A stretch of DNA of 64,000 nucleotides from Spartobacteria bacterium (GTDB lineage: Bacteria > Verrucomicrobiota > Verrucomicrobiia > Chthoniobacterales > Chthoniobacteraceae), in the NCBI GenBank assembly GCA_043777315.1, contig JAYVPW010000150.1:1-64000 (forward strand), given 5' to 3'. Of the stretch, positions 49,858 to 60,086 are shown piece by piece (the first letter of the stretch is position 1; each line of letters opens with the position of its first letter). A program made the position numbers and the translations under genes. A model generated the notes under the pieces. The model did not search any database and was not told the origin of the DNA. It saw only the letters and a list, made by a program, of their open reading frames with translations.

Positions 49858-50697
49858 ATGAACATCGTCCCCGCTGCTTTCGACATCATCACGCTGAAAT
49901 CCGGCGTGCGTAGTCTGCGCTGTCGTGAGTCGTTCGAGACGTTTCATCCGGTGGTCGGGCCGATGGCGGAAGCGCGGACGCTGCACGTCGGGCAGCAGCG
50001 GCTCGTCGAGCGGGCGCAGCATCGCGCGCGCTTCGTCGTGTGGGATGTGGGGCTCGGCGCGGCGGCAAATGCGATCGCCGTGGTGGAGGCATTCGCGGGC
50101 TGGCGCGGTCCGGCGCGGGTGGAGCTGCACAGCTTCGACGAGACAACCGCACCGCTGGAATTCGCGGTCGCGCACGCCGAGGAGCTCGGATATTTGGCCG
50201 GACATCGCGAGTCGATCGAGAGCCTGCTGGCGAAGGGTGAATCGCCCGGCGAGGTCGAGTGGAGGCTGCACCGCGGGGATTTTCGCGAGCTGATCCGCAC
50301 CGCCGTGCTGCCGCCGCCGGACGCGATTTTGTACGATCCGTATTCCGCGAAAACCAACCCCGGCATGTGGACGCTCGAACATTTTCAAAACGTCCGCGCC
50401 CGCCTCGCCGACGACGTGCCGTGCCTGCTCACGAATTACACGATGTCCACTGCGGTGCGCGTGACGCTGCTGCTCGCCGGATTTTTTGTCGGTCGCGGCG
50501 GCGGGGTCGGCGAGAAGGGCGAGACCACCGTGGCGGCCAATGATCGCGCGCTCCTCGAGGCGCCGCTCGGCCGCGCGTGGCTGGAACGCGTCCGCTTTTC
50601 CTCGGCGGGCGCGCCGCTCCGCCACGGCGTCGAGTCGGGGGCCATCGCGCCGCCGGACTGGGACGCGTTGCTGCGGCATCCGCAGTTCGCGGATTGA
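49858..50697 (+). CDS. MnmC-like (DUF752/COG4121) SAM-dependent tRNA methyltransferase-domain protein
   Basis: AILYDPYSAKTNPGMWTLEHF...LLTNYTMSTAVRVTLLLAGFFVG. Confidence 0.65.
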   Translation: MNIVPAAFDIITLKSGVRSLRCRESFETFHPVVGPMAEARTLHVGQQRLVERAQHRARFVVWDVGLGAAANAIAVVEAFAGWRGPARVELHSFDETTAPLEFAVAHAEELGYLAGHRESIESLLAKGESPGEVEWRLHRGDFRELIRTAVLPPPDAILYDPYSAKTNPGMWTLEHFQNVRARLADDVPCLLTNYTMSTAVRVTLLLAGFFVGRGGGVGEKGETTVAANDRALLEAPLGRAWLERVRFSSAGAPLRHGVESGAIAPPDWDALLRHPQFAD

Positions 50698-50762
50698 AAA
50701 AAGGCGCGCGAGGCAACCGCCCCGCCGACGTAAATCGGGGCGGGCTTCTCGCCGACGGACGC

Positions 50763-52313
50763 TTACTTCGTCGCGGCAGCCACCGGCTCGAGTGCCGGAT
50801 TATCCGTGCGGAAAGGCGACGCGGGCAGGCCGACGCCGTTGACCAGATTGCACTCCGGATTGTCCGCCCACGCGTAGCGCACCGCGACGGGCTTCGCGAC
50901 TTGCGGGCTCGAGACGACGAGGTGATCGCCTTGAATTTCCGCGTCCGCCCAGACGAATTTCTTGTCCGCGCCGGCAATCGCAAAACCTTTCAGCCGTTCG
51001 CCGTCCGCCGCCTTCATCCCGACCGCGTTGCGGAAGCTGAGGCGAATTTTCCCCTCCTCCTCCTGGGACCCGCTGAAGATCGGCCCCGAGTATTCCGTCT
51101 CGCGAAAATAGACCGTCGCCTCCGCCGCGAGCGCGAGCCGGCGACCGACCTCCTGCTTGTTTTTCGGGTGAATGTCTTCCGCCTCGCCGACATCGATCGC
51201 CACCGCCATGCCCGTGTGCGGCAGCTCGAGCGTCATCAATTGCGCCTCACGCAACTCCGCCCACTGGCTCTCGCCGGGCGCTTCTTTTCGCGCCATGAAA
51301 TTCGCGAGCTGCACAAACAGAAACGGAAACTCCGCGCCCCACGCCCGCCGCCAGCTCACGATCATCGTCGGGAAAAGCCGGGCGTATTCTGTCGCGCGCG
51401 ACGCGTTCGATTCGCCCTGATACCACGTCCCGCCTTGGATCGTGTAGGGCAGGATCGGCGCGACCATCCCATTATAAAGTGAGCCCGGCCCGCCGATCGC
51501 ATCACCGCCGCGCGGCGCGTTCGGAGCCCGCGGCGGCTTGGTGCCGTCGGCCTTCGCTTTTTCCGCGACCACTTTCCAGTCGGCGAGCGCCTGGTCGTAC
51601 GTCTCTTTCGCTTTCGGATAATCGGCCTTCGCCTTCTCCCACGAATCGAGGATCGGCTTGAACGCCGGGTCCGCCGTCAGCACCTCCGTCGGCGTCCAAT
51701 ATTCCGCCGGCGTCCCGCCCCACGAGGTGTGGATGAGGCCGACCGGCACCTTCATGTTTTGATGAAGTTGCCGCCCAAAAAAGTAACCGACCGCCGTGAA
51801 GCCCGGCACCGTCTCCGGCGTGCAGACTTCCCACTTCCCGACGCAATCGACCTGCGGCTCGAGCTGCGCGCTCTTCCTCACCGTGAAGCACCGGATCGCC
51901 GGAAATTTCGCCGCCGCGATCTCCTCCGCCGCGTTCATCGTCCCGCGCACGGTGAACTCCATGTTCGACTGCCCGGAGCAAACCCAGACCTCGCCGACGA
52001 TCACGTTCTTCACGGTGATCGTGTTCTTCCCAGCGATCGTCATATCGCCCTCCACGCCGGGCTTCAATTCCTCGAAGCGCACGTTCCATTTCCCCTCCGC
52101 ATCCGCCGCCGCCTCCGCGGTTTTGTCGGCGAATTTCACGCTCACCTTTTCGCCCGGCTCGGCCCAGCCCCAGACGTTCGCCTTGCTCTCCTCCTGCAGC
52201 ACCATGTTGTCGCTGATGATGGCCGGCAGCTTCACATCCGCCCACGCGACGGAGCCGAAAAAAGCGGTCGCGGCGAGGAACGGGACGAGGCGGGTGGAGA
52301 GGGGGGTTTTCAT
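50763..52313 (-). CDS. sialate O-acetylesterase-like SGNH hydrolase (DUF303 family), secreted
   Basis: GQSNM motif, signal peptide MKTPLSTRLVPFLAATAFFGSVAWA. Confidence 0.75.
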   Translation of the reverse strand: MKTPLSTRLVPFLAATAFFGSVAWADVKLPAIISDNMVLQEESKANVWGWAEPGEKVSVKFADKTAEAAADAEGKWNVRFEELKPGVEGDMTIAGKNTITVKNVIVGEVWVCSGQSNMEFTVRGTMNAAEEIAAAKFPAIRCFTVRKSAQLEPQVDCVGKWEVCTPETVPGFTAVGYFFGRQLHQNMKVPVGLIHTSWGGTPAEYWTPTEVLTADPAFKPILDSWEKAKADYPKAKETYDQALADWKVVAEKAKADGTKPPRAPNAPRGGDAIGGPGSLYNGMVAPILPYTIQGGTWYQGESNASRATEYARLFPTMIVSWRRAWGAEFPFLFVQLANFMARKEAPGESQWAELREAQLMTLELPHTGMAVAIDVGEAEDIHPKNKQEVGRRLALAAEATVYFRETEYSGPIFSGSQEEEGKIRLSFRNAVGMKAADGERLKGFAIAGADKKFVWADAEIQGDHLVVSSPQVAKPVAVRYAWADNPECNLVNGVGLPASPFRTDNPALEPVAAATK

Positions 52314-52431
52314 AAATGTGGGCGGCGATGCTGTGCCGAACCCGTGCCGACCGCGAGCGATTTTCAGCGATGGGGACTGTCTGAAATCCGGTGCGAGGCC
52401 CCGCGGGGACGACGCGGGTTTCGGTATCAAT

Positions 52432-53448
52432 TCAAGGAGTGAGGCCCGCGTAGAGGGCGAGATACCGCGCGGCGAGGGCGGGCCAGGCGAAGTGCGCGTG
52501 CGTCCAGCTCGCGAGCGCGGAGCGTGCGTCGGTGGTCAGCTTGTCGTCGGCGAAAGCGCGCGCGAGGGCGGTGCGGAGGCTCTCCACATTTGGATCGCAA
52601 ATGTAACCGTGCTGGCCCGCGAGATGCCCGGCCCACGGCGTCGCGGTCGTGGTCAGCGCGGGCGTGCCGACCTGGCAGGCTTCGAGCACGGCGAGGCCGA
52701 AGTTTTCGGAATGGGTCGGCAGGCAGAAAAGATCGGCGCCTTGAAAATACGGCCAGCGCGCCTCGCCCCAGATTTCGCCGAGCCAATCGACGCGCGGAAG
52801 TCGCGGCGCGAGCGCGGCGGCGAGCGCCTTCAGCCCGCCCACGCAGCCCGCGTCTCCACCGCCGACGATGACGAGCCGCGCCTCCCCCGGCACGGCGCTC
52901 GCGGCCAGCGCGCGGAGCAGGAGATCGAGCCCCTTTTTCGGATGAATCCGTGAAAGAAAGAGCAGAACCCGCTCGTCCTCCCGCCAACCGAGCGCGGCGC
53001 GCGCGGCGGCATAATCCGGCCCCGCATCCGAGGTCAGGCCGAGCGGCAGAGATTCGATGTGTTGCCCGGGAATCATCTGCCGGAGCCGATCCGACTCGGG
53101 CTGCGCGGTCGCCAGGAGACACGCGGCGCGGGAGAGGAACTGCTTTTCCACGAGATGGAAATACGGCCACTTTTTCCACCACCGATGCCGCCACGCCCAC
53201 GGCTCCAACATGCCGTGCGGCGAGACGATGAACGGAATTTTCCGCCGCAGACATTCGCGCGCGAACCGCGGATACGCGGGCTGCCAGAGGCCGTGAAAAT
53301 GCACGACGTGCGGTCCGCCATCGGTGTCGGGCAGCCCGCCATCGACGGTCGTGCCCGCCTCTCGCAATGCGCCGCGCAGGCTCTGGATCGCCGCGTCGAG
53401 ACCGCCGACGCGCTGCTCGGGAGGGGGCTCGAAAAAGTGAACCTTCAT
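52432..53448 (-). CDS. glycosyltransferase family 1 (GT4-type)
   Basis: C-terminal GT1 motifs (ADLFCLPTHSENFGLAVLEA); ATGA overlap with the upstream gene. Confidence 0.75.
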   Translation of the reverse strand: MKVHFFEPPPEQRVGGLDAAIQSLRGALREAGTTVDGGLPDTDGGPHVVHFHGLWQPAYPRFARECLRRKIPFIVSPHGMLEPWAWRHRWWKKWPYFHLVEKQFLSRAACLLATAQPESDRLRQMIPGQHIESLPLGLTSDAGPDYAAARAALGWREDERVLLFLSRIHPKKGLDLLLRALAASAVPGEARLVIVGGGDAGCVGGLKALAAALAPRLPRVDWLGEIWGEARWPYFQGADLFCLPTHSENFGLAVLEACQVGTPALTTTATPWAGHLAGQHGYICDPNVESLRTALARAFADDKLTTDARSALASWTHAHFAWPALAARYLALYAGLTP

Positions 53449-54590
53449 CGCGCCGCGGCGATCGTCTCGCGGTAAAGCGCCTCGTAGCTCGCCGCCATTT
53501 TCTCGAAGGAAAATTCCGCCTCCGCCAGCGCCCGCGCCGCCGCGCCGCGCGCCGCGCTGTCGCCGATTTCCGCGAGCCAGCGCGGGTCCGCGCCGATGGC
53601 GATCGAGTTGCTGGAATTTAGGAACGGCATCTCGGCGAGCAGGTTCTCCGTGATCGCGCACGGCAGTCCGGCGGACATCGCCTCGAGGATCGCGAGCGGC
53701 AGCCCTTCAAATTCCGCCGTGTGCAAAAACAGGTCCGCCGCGAGCAGAAACGCCGGGACGTCCGCCTGCCACGGTAAACGCCGCACCGCCCCGGAAAGCC
53801 CGCGGGCAGAGACTTCGCGGTCCCAGGCCACCGCCAGCGCGCCGTCGCCAATCCACAGAAACCGCGCGCCCGGATGCGCTGTCAAAATGCGCGCGGCGTG
53901 CTCGAGGAAAAGCAGCGGACGTTTCTGTGGAACCATCCGGCCGACGCCGATGACCACGAGCGCGGCGGCGTCGAGGCCGAGTTCCGCGCGCTTCGCCGCG
54001 CGGGCGGCGCGTCGCGTCGCGAGGTCGAAAATCGGAACGCCATTCGGGATCATCCGCAGCCGCGCCGCGTCGCCGAGAAACCGTGCGAGATCGTCCCGGC
54101 GCTGCCCGAGCACCGTCACCAACATCCCCGGATACGCCGCCAGTGCGCGCCGCGAAATGAAGTCGCGCGGAGCCGCCATCCGAGCGCGGAGATAGCGCGC
54201 GGATTGCGTCAGGTGGATCGTGCAGAGGCTCGGCAAACCGGCGAGCCGCGCCGCGTGGAGCAGGTCGAGCCCGTCCTCGAGATTCTGTTTGTTGAGGTGC
54301 AGGAAATCGAATCCGCCGCGCTGCCAATCCGCCGCGATGCGTTTCGCCGCCCGCGTGTCGAATGCGCTGGCGATCGAGCGCCCGAGCCGATCGTAGGTGT
54401 TCGAGTAGCCGGCGCGGCTCACTTTCCCGAATGCACAAAACGCGCCGGCGAGCTCATCCATCCGCGGGTGCGAGGAGGCCCACAGCGTCACCTCGTGCCC
54501 GCGCGCGGCCAGCGCGCGCCCGAGGTAAATCAAGTAAAGTTCGCCCCCGCCGCGCGAGCCCGAACTGCTGCTGACGAGCAGGATTTTCAT
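53445..54590 (-). CDS. glycosyltransferase family 1
   Basis: MKILLVSSSSG...EGLPLAILEAMSAGLPC. Confidence 0.75.
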   Translation of the reverse strand: MKILLVSSSSGSRGGGELYLIYLGRALAARGHEVTLWASSHPRMDELAGAFCAFGKVSRAGYSNTYDRLGRSIASAFDTRAAKRIAADWQRGGFDFLHLNKQNLEDGLDLLHAARLAGLPSLCTIHLTQSARYLRARMAAPRDFISRRALAAYPGMLVTVLGQRRDDLARFLGDAARLRMIPNGVPIFDLATRRAARAAKRAELGLDAAALVVIGVGRMVPQKRPLLFLEHAARILTAHPGARFLWIGDGALAVAWDREVSARGLSGAVRRLPWQADVPAFLLAADLFLHTAEFEGLPLAILEAMSAGLPCAITENLLAEMPFLNSSNSIAIGADPRWLAEIGDSAARGAAARALAEAEFSFEKMAASYEALYRETIAAAR

Positions 54591-55639
54591 CGCGCGAGCA
54601 CGGCCTGCATCGCCTCCATCCATTTCGCCGCCCCGGCTTCCGGCGACCACGCAGCCGCCTTCTGCCGCGAAGCAAAACCCCACTCCGCCAGCCGTTCGCG
54701 GTGCTCGATGCACTGGCGCATCGCCGCGGTCAGCGCGTCCACATTTCCCGCCGAAACGATGATCCCGTTCACCCCTTCCTCGACCAAATCGTGCGCCGCC
54801 CCGACCGCATCGGAACAGAGAATCGGCAGCCCCGCGCCGAGCGCCTGATTCACGACGACACCCCAGCCATCGTGCCGGCTCGGCAGGACAAAAACGTCGG
54901 CCTGCGCGAAGAATCGCGGCAGCTCCCGCGGGGGTTGAAAGCCCGCGAAGTCAATCCGGGCCTTGATCTCCGGTCGGAGCGCGCCGAGCAGCACCGGCAA
55001 ATCCGCCTCGCGCCCGACGAGCAGCAGCCGCGCATTTTCCAGCCGCGCAAACGCCGCCAGCAGCACGTCGATTCCTTTCCGCGCGATCATTTGCCCGCAA
55101 AAAAGAAACGTCACCTCCGCGCGCACCGCGGGCCGGCTCGCGGCGAGAAATGGCGCGAGTTCGCAATGATAAGGAATGCAGAAACTGCGCGGCTCCGGGA
55201 ACCGGTCCCGATACTCCCGCTGCGCCAGCGAGCCGACCGCCGCGATGCCCGCCGCGCGCTGCAGCGGCGCGCACAAAAAATCGTGCAGCCGCCCCTTTCC
55301 GGTGAGCCGTTCGCCCCAGAAAATCCACGGCGTCTCCCCCAGCCGCGCGCGCATCAGCCACTGCGCCGTGAGCGACATCAGCGTGTTCATCACCACCAGA
55401 TCGAAGCCGCGCAAATCGGGGGGCCAATTCAAATGCACGCGCGCCCCGCGGACGGGCAGCCACGTCCCCGCGAGCACGCTTTCAAAGCTCGCGAGCGCCT
55501 CGTCCGGCCACGGCGAATCCGGCGCTTCGTCCTCCAAATAAAAGACGCGCAGATCGATCTCCGGCCGCGCCGCGAGCGCGCGAAAAAGATCGCGCTGATA
55601 GGGCGAGGGAACGACGGAGACGACAGCGACGCGGATCAT
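54587..55639 (-). CDS. glycosyltransferase family 1
   Basis: DVFVLPSRHDGWGVVVNQALGAGLPIL; start ATG 55639 overlaps the stop of the upstream gene. Confidence 0.75.
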   Translation of the reverse strand: MIRVAVVSVVPSPYQRDLFRALAARPEIDLRVFYLEDEAPDSPWPDEALASFESVLAGTWLPVRGARVHLNWPPDLRGFDLVVMNTLMSLTAQWLMRARLGETPWIFWGERLTGKGRLHDFLCAPLQRAAGIAAVGSLAQREYRDRFPEPRSFCIPYHCELAPFLAASRPAVRAEVTFLFCGQMIARKGIDVLLAAFARLENARLLLVGREADLPVLLGALRPEIKARIDFAGFQPPRELPRFFAQADVFVLPSRHDGWGVVVNQALGAGLPILCSDAVGAAHDLVEEGVNGIIVSAGNVDALTAAMRQCIEHRERLAEWGFASRQKAAAWSPEAGAAKWMEAMQAVLAR

Positions 55640-57156
55640 GGGCGGCGGCCCCGAGGCGCGAGCGGTGGCCGCGGCACGGCCGGCGTGCGCCCGGCGAAAC
55701 GCCGCACGCGCGCGACCACGATCGCCCCGAGATACATGCCCAGCGCGATGCTCGCGAGCGTCGGCAGGGCTGCGGTGGTGAAGACGAAAAGGCTGCGCAT
55801 CGAAATGACCGCGGCGAAAAAACCGGAGGCGTAAATGAGCGTGCCGACCTCCGAGTTTCGCGCCGAGCCCATGTAGCTCCACCAGCCCGCGAGCGCGCCG
55901 AAAAACAGGGCGGTGACGAACACCGCGAGATACCCGCCGGCCATGTAGGCCTCGCCGACAAAGGTGGTCGCGATCGTGAGCCCGCTGACCTCCATCGCGT
56001 CCTCGATCGTGACGCTCAAGCCCTCCGGTTTTCCCTTCCAAAGTGCGCGCGGGATCGGGCGGATGAGCGCGTTGTATGGCACCTCCCAGCCGAGGTAGGC
56101 GTGGCGGTGCGGGAAGACCTCCACGAGGCAGCCGATCGCGTAGAGATTGTAGTCGATGAACATCGATTGCTCGTGGGTCTCCGTGGCTCTGACGGGAGCC
56201 GCTTCCCACCAATTGCGGAAGCCGATTTGCCGGAACTGGAGCATCACGCTCGTCGCCGTCAGCAGCGTGAGTGAAATGACGATCGTCAGCGTGACGACCT
56301 GCTTTTTCCGCTCGGGTGGCGAGGCGAAGGCGAAGCCGATGAGAAACGTCACGAGATAAGCCGCGAAGATGTTCCGCGTGCCGGTGGTGAAGCCGTAAAA
56401 AAAGGTGAAGAGCGTGCCGGCGGCGATGCCGGTGAGTGCGAATTTTCCGAAGCGATGCCGGCGCGCGAAGACGATGCCGGCGAGCGGCGGCAGCAGGTAA
56501 AGCAACATGCCGAGCTCCACGAGCATCGCGCTCCAATCGCCCAGCCGGCCGCGCGTCCACGGCTGCGAAAAACGGGGCTCGAGGAAATAGTAGAGCATCT
56601 CGGAAACGTCGAATTTCGCCGAGTAAATCATGTGGAAATAGCCGATCGCGAAACAGAGCCAGAAGATCGTGACGAACCAGACGGGCGGCATTTCCGCTGT
56701 GCGCATCCGCTCGAGCGGGGCGCGTTTGGGATGCCACAAATGCCGGCCGATCAAGATGCCTGCGAAACCGATGAGCACCGTGTGAATCGCGGTGCGCGTG
56801 GACTCCACGATGAGGATTTGATCGAAGAGAGGCTGCGGAAAAAGGAACTCGAAAAAGGTGAGGAAATAGAGCGCGGCCAGCGCCATCAGATCGGCGCGGA
56901 TGAGGTTCCGCACGCCCTTCCGAAAGTCATACGCGACGCTGAGGGCGAGGCTGAATGCCACGCCGAGGGCCGCGCTTTTCGCGATGGCTGACGGCAGTTT
57001 TCCAAACATGACGGCGGCGGTGATCGCGAGCCCGATCAATGCGGCGACCGTTCCGGCGGGGACGGCTCGGGCGACGAAATCAGAGGGCGGCGCGTCCGGC
57101 GGACTGACCTTGCGCCAGTCGGGCAGCTCGCGTTTTTTTGGGCGGGCGAAGTTCAT
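55636..57156 (-). CDS. polytopic membrane protein, O-antigen polymerase/ligase-like (Wzy/WaaL family)
   Basis: ~11 predicted TM helices plus a large periplasmic loop; located inside the GT cluster. Confidence 0.5.
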   Translation of the reverse strand: MNFARPKKRELPDWRKVSPPDAPPSDFVARAVPAGTVAALIGLAITAAVMFGKLPSAIAKSAALGVAFSLALSVAYDFRKGVRNLIRADLMALAALYFLTFFEFLFPQPLFDQILIVESTRTAIHTVLIGFAGILIGRHLWHPKRAPLERMRTAEMPPVWFVTIFWLCFAIGYFHMIYSAKFDVSEMLYYFLEPRFSQPWTRGRLGDWSAMLVELGMLLYLLPPLAGIVFARRHRFGKFALTGIAAGTLFTFFYGFTTGTRNIFAAYLVTFLIGFAFASPPERKKQVVTLTIVISLTLLTATSVMLQFRQIGFRNWWEAAPVRATETHEQSMFIDYNLYAIGCLVEVFPHRHAYLGWEVPYNALIRPIPRALWKGKPEGLSVTIEDAMEVSGLTIATTFVGEAYMAGGYLAVFVTALFFGALAGWWSYMGSARNSEVGTLIYASGFFAAVISMRSLFVFTTAALPTLASIALGMYLGAIVVARVRRFAGRTPAVPRPPLAPRGRRP

Positions 57157-58283
57157 GGGGAAAGTGAGCGGGCGCTGTGGGCGAGCAGCATTTCGGCCGG
57201 CGCGGACCAGTCGTATCGCTCCGCGAGCGGGCGCGGATGCGCGGCCCACCATTCCAGTTCCGCCGCCAGCGCGGCGCGGTCGAGCGCCGGAAAAATCGAG
57301 CCGTTCTCGCGATGCCGGATGAGGTCGCGCGCGCCGACGCGGTCACTCACGAGCGCGGGGATTCCGCAGTTGAGCGCCTGCGGCACGACGAGCCCGAAAC
57401 CTTCCTCCAGCGAAGGAAGGACAAGCACGGAGCTGCGGCGAAAAGCCTCCGCGAGCGCGGGCTGCGGGACCGGCCCGTGGAAGTTGAGCTTCGTGCGGCC
57501 GCGATACGCGGCGAGGTCGGCCGCGCACTCGGCGAGCACCGCGCCGTAGAAATCGAGCGACCAATTTTCGAGGCCCGAAAGCTCGAGCGCGGCGAGGAGC
57601 GTACGGATGTTTTTGCGAAGCCCAACTTGTCCGGCAAAAACAATGCGGAAATCGCGCGGGGGCCTCGCGCCATCCGCGTGGAAAACGAGCGGGTCCGCGC
57701 CGTACGGGACGAGCCAAATCCGCGAGTCGTCGATGCCGAGCGCGAGGAGTTGATCGCGCACCACCGTCGAGGCCGCGCAGTGCCAGTCGGCGAGCGCGTA
57801 TTCCTCATCGGCGCGCGCAAAATAGTCTGCATCGTACGGGCACACCGCCGCGAGCGAGAGGCCCGCCCGCGCGTATTCCGGCTCCATGATTCGCACCCAT
57901 TCGCGCACCGGTCCGGTCGCGTGATTCATCACCGTCCGAAGGCCGAGCCGCTTCGCCGCGCGAAAAGTTTGAAGGCATTGCCCCGGCATCCCGTGAATGA
58001 AATCACACGACGCGAGATGCGCGCCCACCCAGCGATCGAAGGTGCGGTCCTGCCACAAAAAAAGCGCGCGGGAGCCCGGGCGCCAGCGCTCGGGCACGAG
58101 CTTCAGCAGGCCGTAAACCGCGAGGGTCGCGAGGCTGTGCGTGCGCACGTTCAGGCCTTTGACCGCCGGCAGTTTCCAGCGCGGATAACCCGAATAGTAG
58201 CAGCCGAGCGCCCCTCGTTCCGCGACCGCCTGGGCGAGCGGAAACAGGTGGCACGGGTTCGTCGCGGAAAACGAAATCTTCAT
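57153..58283 (-). CDS. glycosyltransferase family 1
   Basis: LVLPSLEEGFGLVVPQALNCGIPALVSD. Confidence 0.75.
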   Translation of the reverse strand: MKISFSATNPCHLFPLAQAVAERGALGCYYSGYPRWKLPAVKGLNVRTHSLATLAVYGLLKLVPERWRPGSRALFLWQDRTFDRWVGAHLASCDFIHGMPGQCLQTFRAAKRLGLRTVMNHATGPVREWVRIMEPEYARAGLSLAAVCPYDADYFARADEEYALADWHCAASTVVRDQLLALGIDDSRIWLVPYGADPLVFHADGARPPRDFRIVFAGQVGLRKNIRTLLAALELSGLENWSLDFYGAVLAECAADLAAYRGRTKLNFHGPVPQPALAEAFRRSSVLVLPSLEEGFGLVVPQALNCGIPALVSDRVGARDLIRHRENGSIFPALDRAALAAELEWWAAHPRPLAERYDWSAPAEMLLAHSARSLSP

Positions 58284-59167
58284 TTCGCCGGCTCCGGTTT
58301 TCGCACGAGACGCATCCAGCCGATGTAGTCCGGCCATTGGATGGGTTGCCGCCGGGCGAGGCTTTCCGGCACGCCCGCGATTGCTGCGAGCCACCACTGC
58401 GGCTCGCGCAAAATCCAGCGCCAGCCGCGTCTCCACGCGTAGCTCATCTGCCGCGCGGCGCGGAAGGCCAGAACGCCCGGCAGGTGCGGCGCGGGGCAGC
58501 GCATCAGCGCGCTCCAGCATTCGTTGCGCGCGTGCAGATGGTGCATCCGAATTTCATTCCGGTTCACGCGCGAGTAGTGATGCCGCACCGTGATCGACGG
58601 ATCGAAACGCACGCGCCAGCCGGCGGCGAGGCAGCGGAGCGCGAAGTCGGGTTCGTCGTAGGCATTCCAAAAACGCAGGTCGTGTCCGCCGAGCTCGAGG
58701 AAGACGGAGCGTCGAAAAGCGCACGCGCAATTGACGTAGGTTCCCTCCCACCGGGGAGCGCCAAAGCTCGTGGCCGTCAGGGTTTCCGGGAATTCGTCGG
58801 AGCGCTGCGGAAACGACGCGACGCCGAGTTGCGGGTGCTTTTCAAAAAGCTCACGCAGCCTCGCGAGCGCGTCCGGCTCGAGCGGATAGCTGTCGTCATC
58901 GAGGCTGAGCACCAGGTCGGCGGAGGCGTGTCGCATCAGATGGTCGCGCGACGCGGTCGAGCCGAGCGGGCTCGGATTCGTGAAAACGCGAAACGCGGAA
59001 AACTCCGCGGCGAGCATTTCCGCCGTGCCGTCCGAGCAGCCGTCCGCGCAAATCAGCACCTCGTCCGGCGCCGGGGCGAGCGCGGCGATGCGCGCACAAG
59101 TCCGGCGCAAATCCTCGCGCCGATTGCGCGTCGCAATCATCACGGCGCAGGTCGCAGCCATCACCAT
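58280..59167 (-). CDS. glycosyltransferase family 2
   Basis: MVMAATCAVMIATRNRREDL...DDDSYP GT-A motifs. Confidence 0.7.
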   Translation of the reverse strand: MVMAATCAVMIATRNRREDLRRTCARIAALAPAPDEVLICADGCSDGTAEMLAAEFSAFRVFTNPSPLGSTASRDHLMRHASADLVLSLDDDSYPLEPDALARLRELFEKHPQLGVASFPQRSDEFPETLTATSFGAPRWEGTYVNCACAFRRSVFLELGGHDLRFWNAYDEPDFALRCLAAGWRVRFDPSITVRHHYSRVNRNEIRMHHLHARNECWSALMRCPAPHLPGVLAFRAARQMSYAWRRGWRWILREPQWWLAAIAGVPESLARRQPIQWPDYIGWMRLVRKPEPAK

Positions 59168-60072
59168 CCCGGCTGGCCGAGCTCGCGACGGAAGCGCCGC
59201 ACGAGCCAGCGATTGCGCCACTCCGCGGAGATTTGGCGGGCGCGATTGAGCAGCCGCTCGCGGCGGGATGCCGGTGGCGGCGCCTCCTGCATCAGCCACG
59301 TTTTGATGAACTGAAAATTCGAGCGGCTCGGCACTTTTCCGACCCGCTGCTCGAGCCGCGCGCAGAGCGCCTTGGCCTCTCGGGAGTTGTGGTCGTTGAG
59401 TTCGTGGTGGTCGCACCACGGCTTGTCGTCGCCGATGTGGAAGGTGAGGAATTGATTCCACAGCACCTTCGTTTTGAAGCCGGTGAGCACCTCCAGATTG
59501 AGGATCAGCGCGAGATCGAAATCGGGCGCGCCGATGCAAAGATCGCCGAGGTCGAAGCGCCCGATCCATGCGCGCGGGAAGATGAAACAATCGAACCCTT
59601 CGTGCGGCTGGCCGGCTTCCGCATACATCGCGGGAAGCTGGTCGGGAGAATCGTAGCCGCTCGCGATCGTGCGCCGCGGGATGACGTAGGCGCACTCCTC
59701 GCCGGCCCGGACCATCGCCGCGAGCGCGGTGTAGAAATAGGGCTGCGGGCAGATGTCCATGTTCGTGAAAATCACGTATTCGCCGCGCCCGTGGAGCGCC
59801 GCGAGCGAGAGGACTTCCGCGAAGATCGGCAGCGGATCTTTCCAGGCAAGATGTGCGACTTCACCGACGCGGCGCGTGAGTGGCGGCAGGGCGATCGCTG
59901 GTTTTTCCAAGCCCGCCAAATCGTCCGGGAAGGCTGCGGCGATCAGCTCCACCGACTCCACCGGGACCTCCGCGAGCGCGCGGCGGAGCGCTGCGAAAGT
60001 GACGCGCTGAGACCGCTCCGCCGCCGAGCCGGCGGGCGCGGCGAACGGATTGATGAGGTGGGTAAAAAGCAT
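59161..60072 (-). CDS. hypothetical protein in polysaccharide cluster (possible nucleotide-diphospho-sugar transferase fold)
   Basis: 303 aa from Met at 60072; no named family recognised. Confidence 0.4.
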   Translation of the reverse strand: MLFTHLINPFAAPAGSAAERSQRVTFAALRRALAEVPVESVELIAAAFPDDLAGLEKPAIALPPLTRRVGEVAHLAWKDPLPIFAEVLSLAALHGRGEYVIFTNMDICPQPYFYTALAAMVRAGEECAYVIPRRTIASGYDSPDQLPAMYAEAGQPHEGFDCFIFPRAWIGRFDLGDLCIGAPDFDLALILNLEVLTGFKTKVLWNQFLTFHIGDDKPWCDHHELNDHNSREAKALCARLEQRVGKVPSRSNFQFIKTWLMQEAPPPASRRERLLNRARQISAEWRNRWLVRRFRRELGQPGW

Positions 60073-60086
60073 CGAAAAAATCGCTC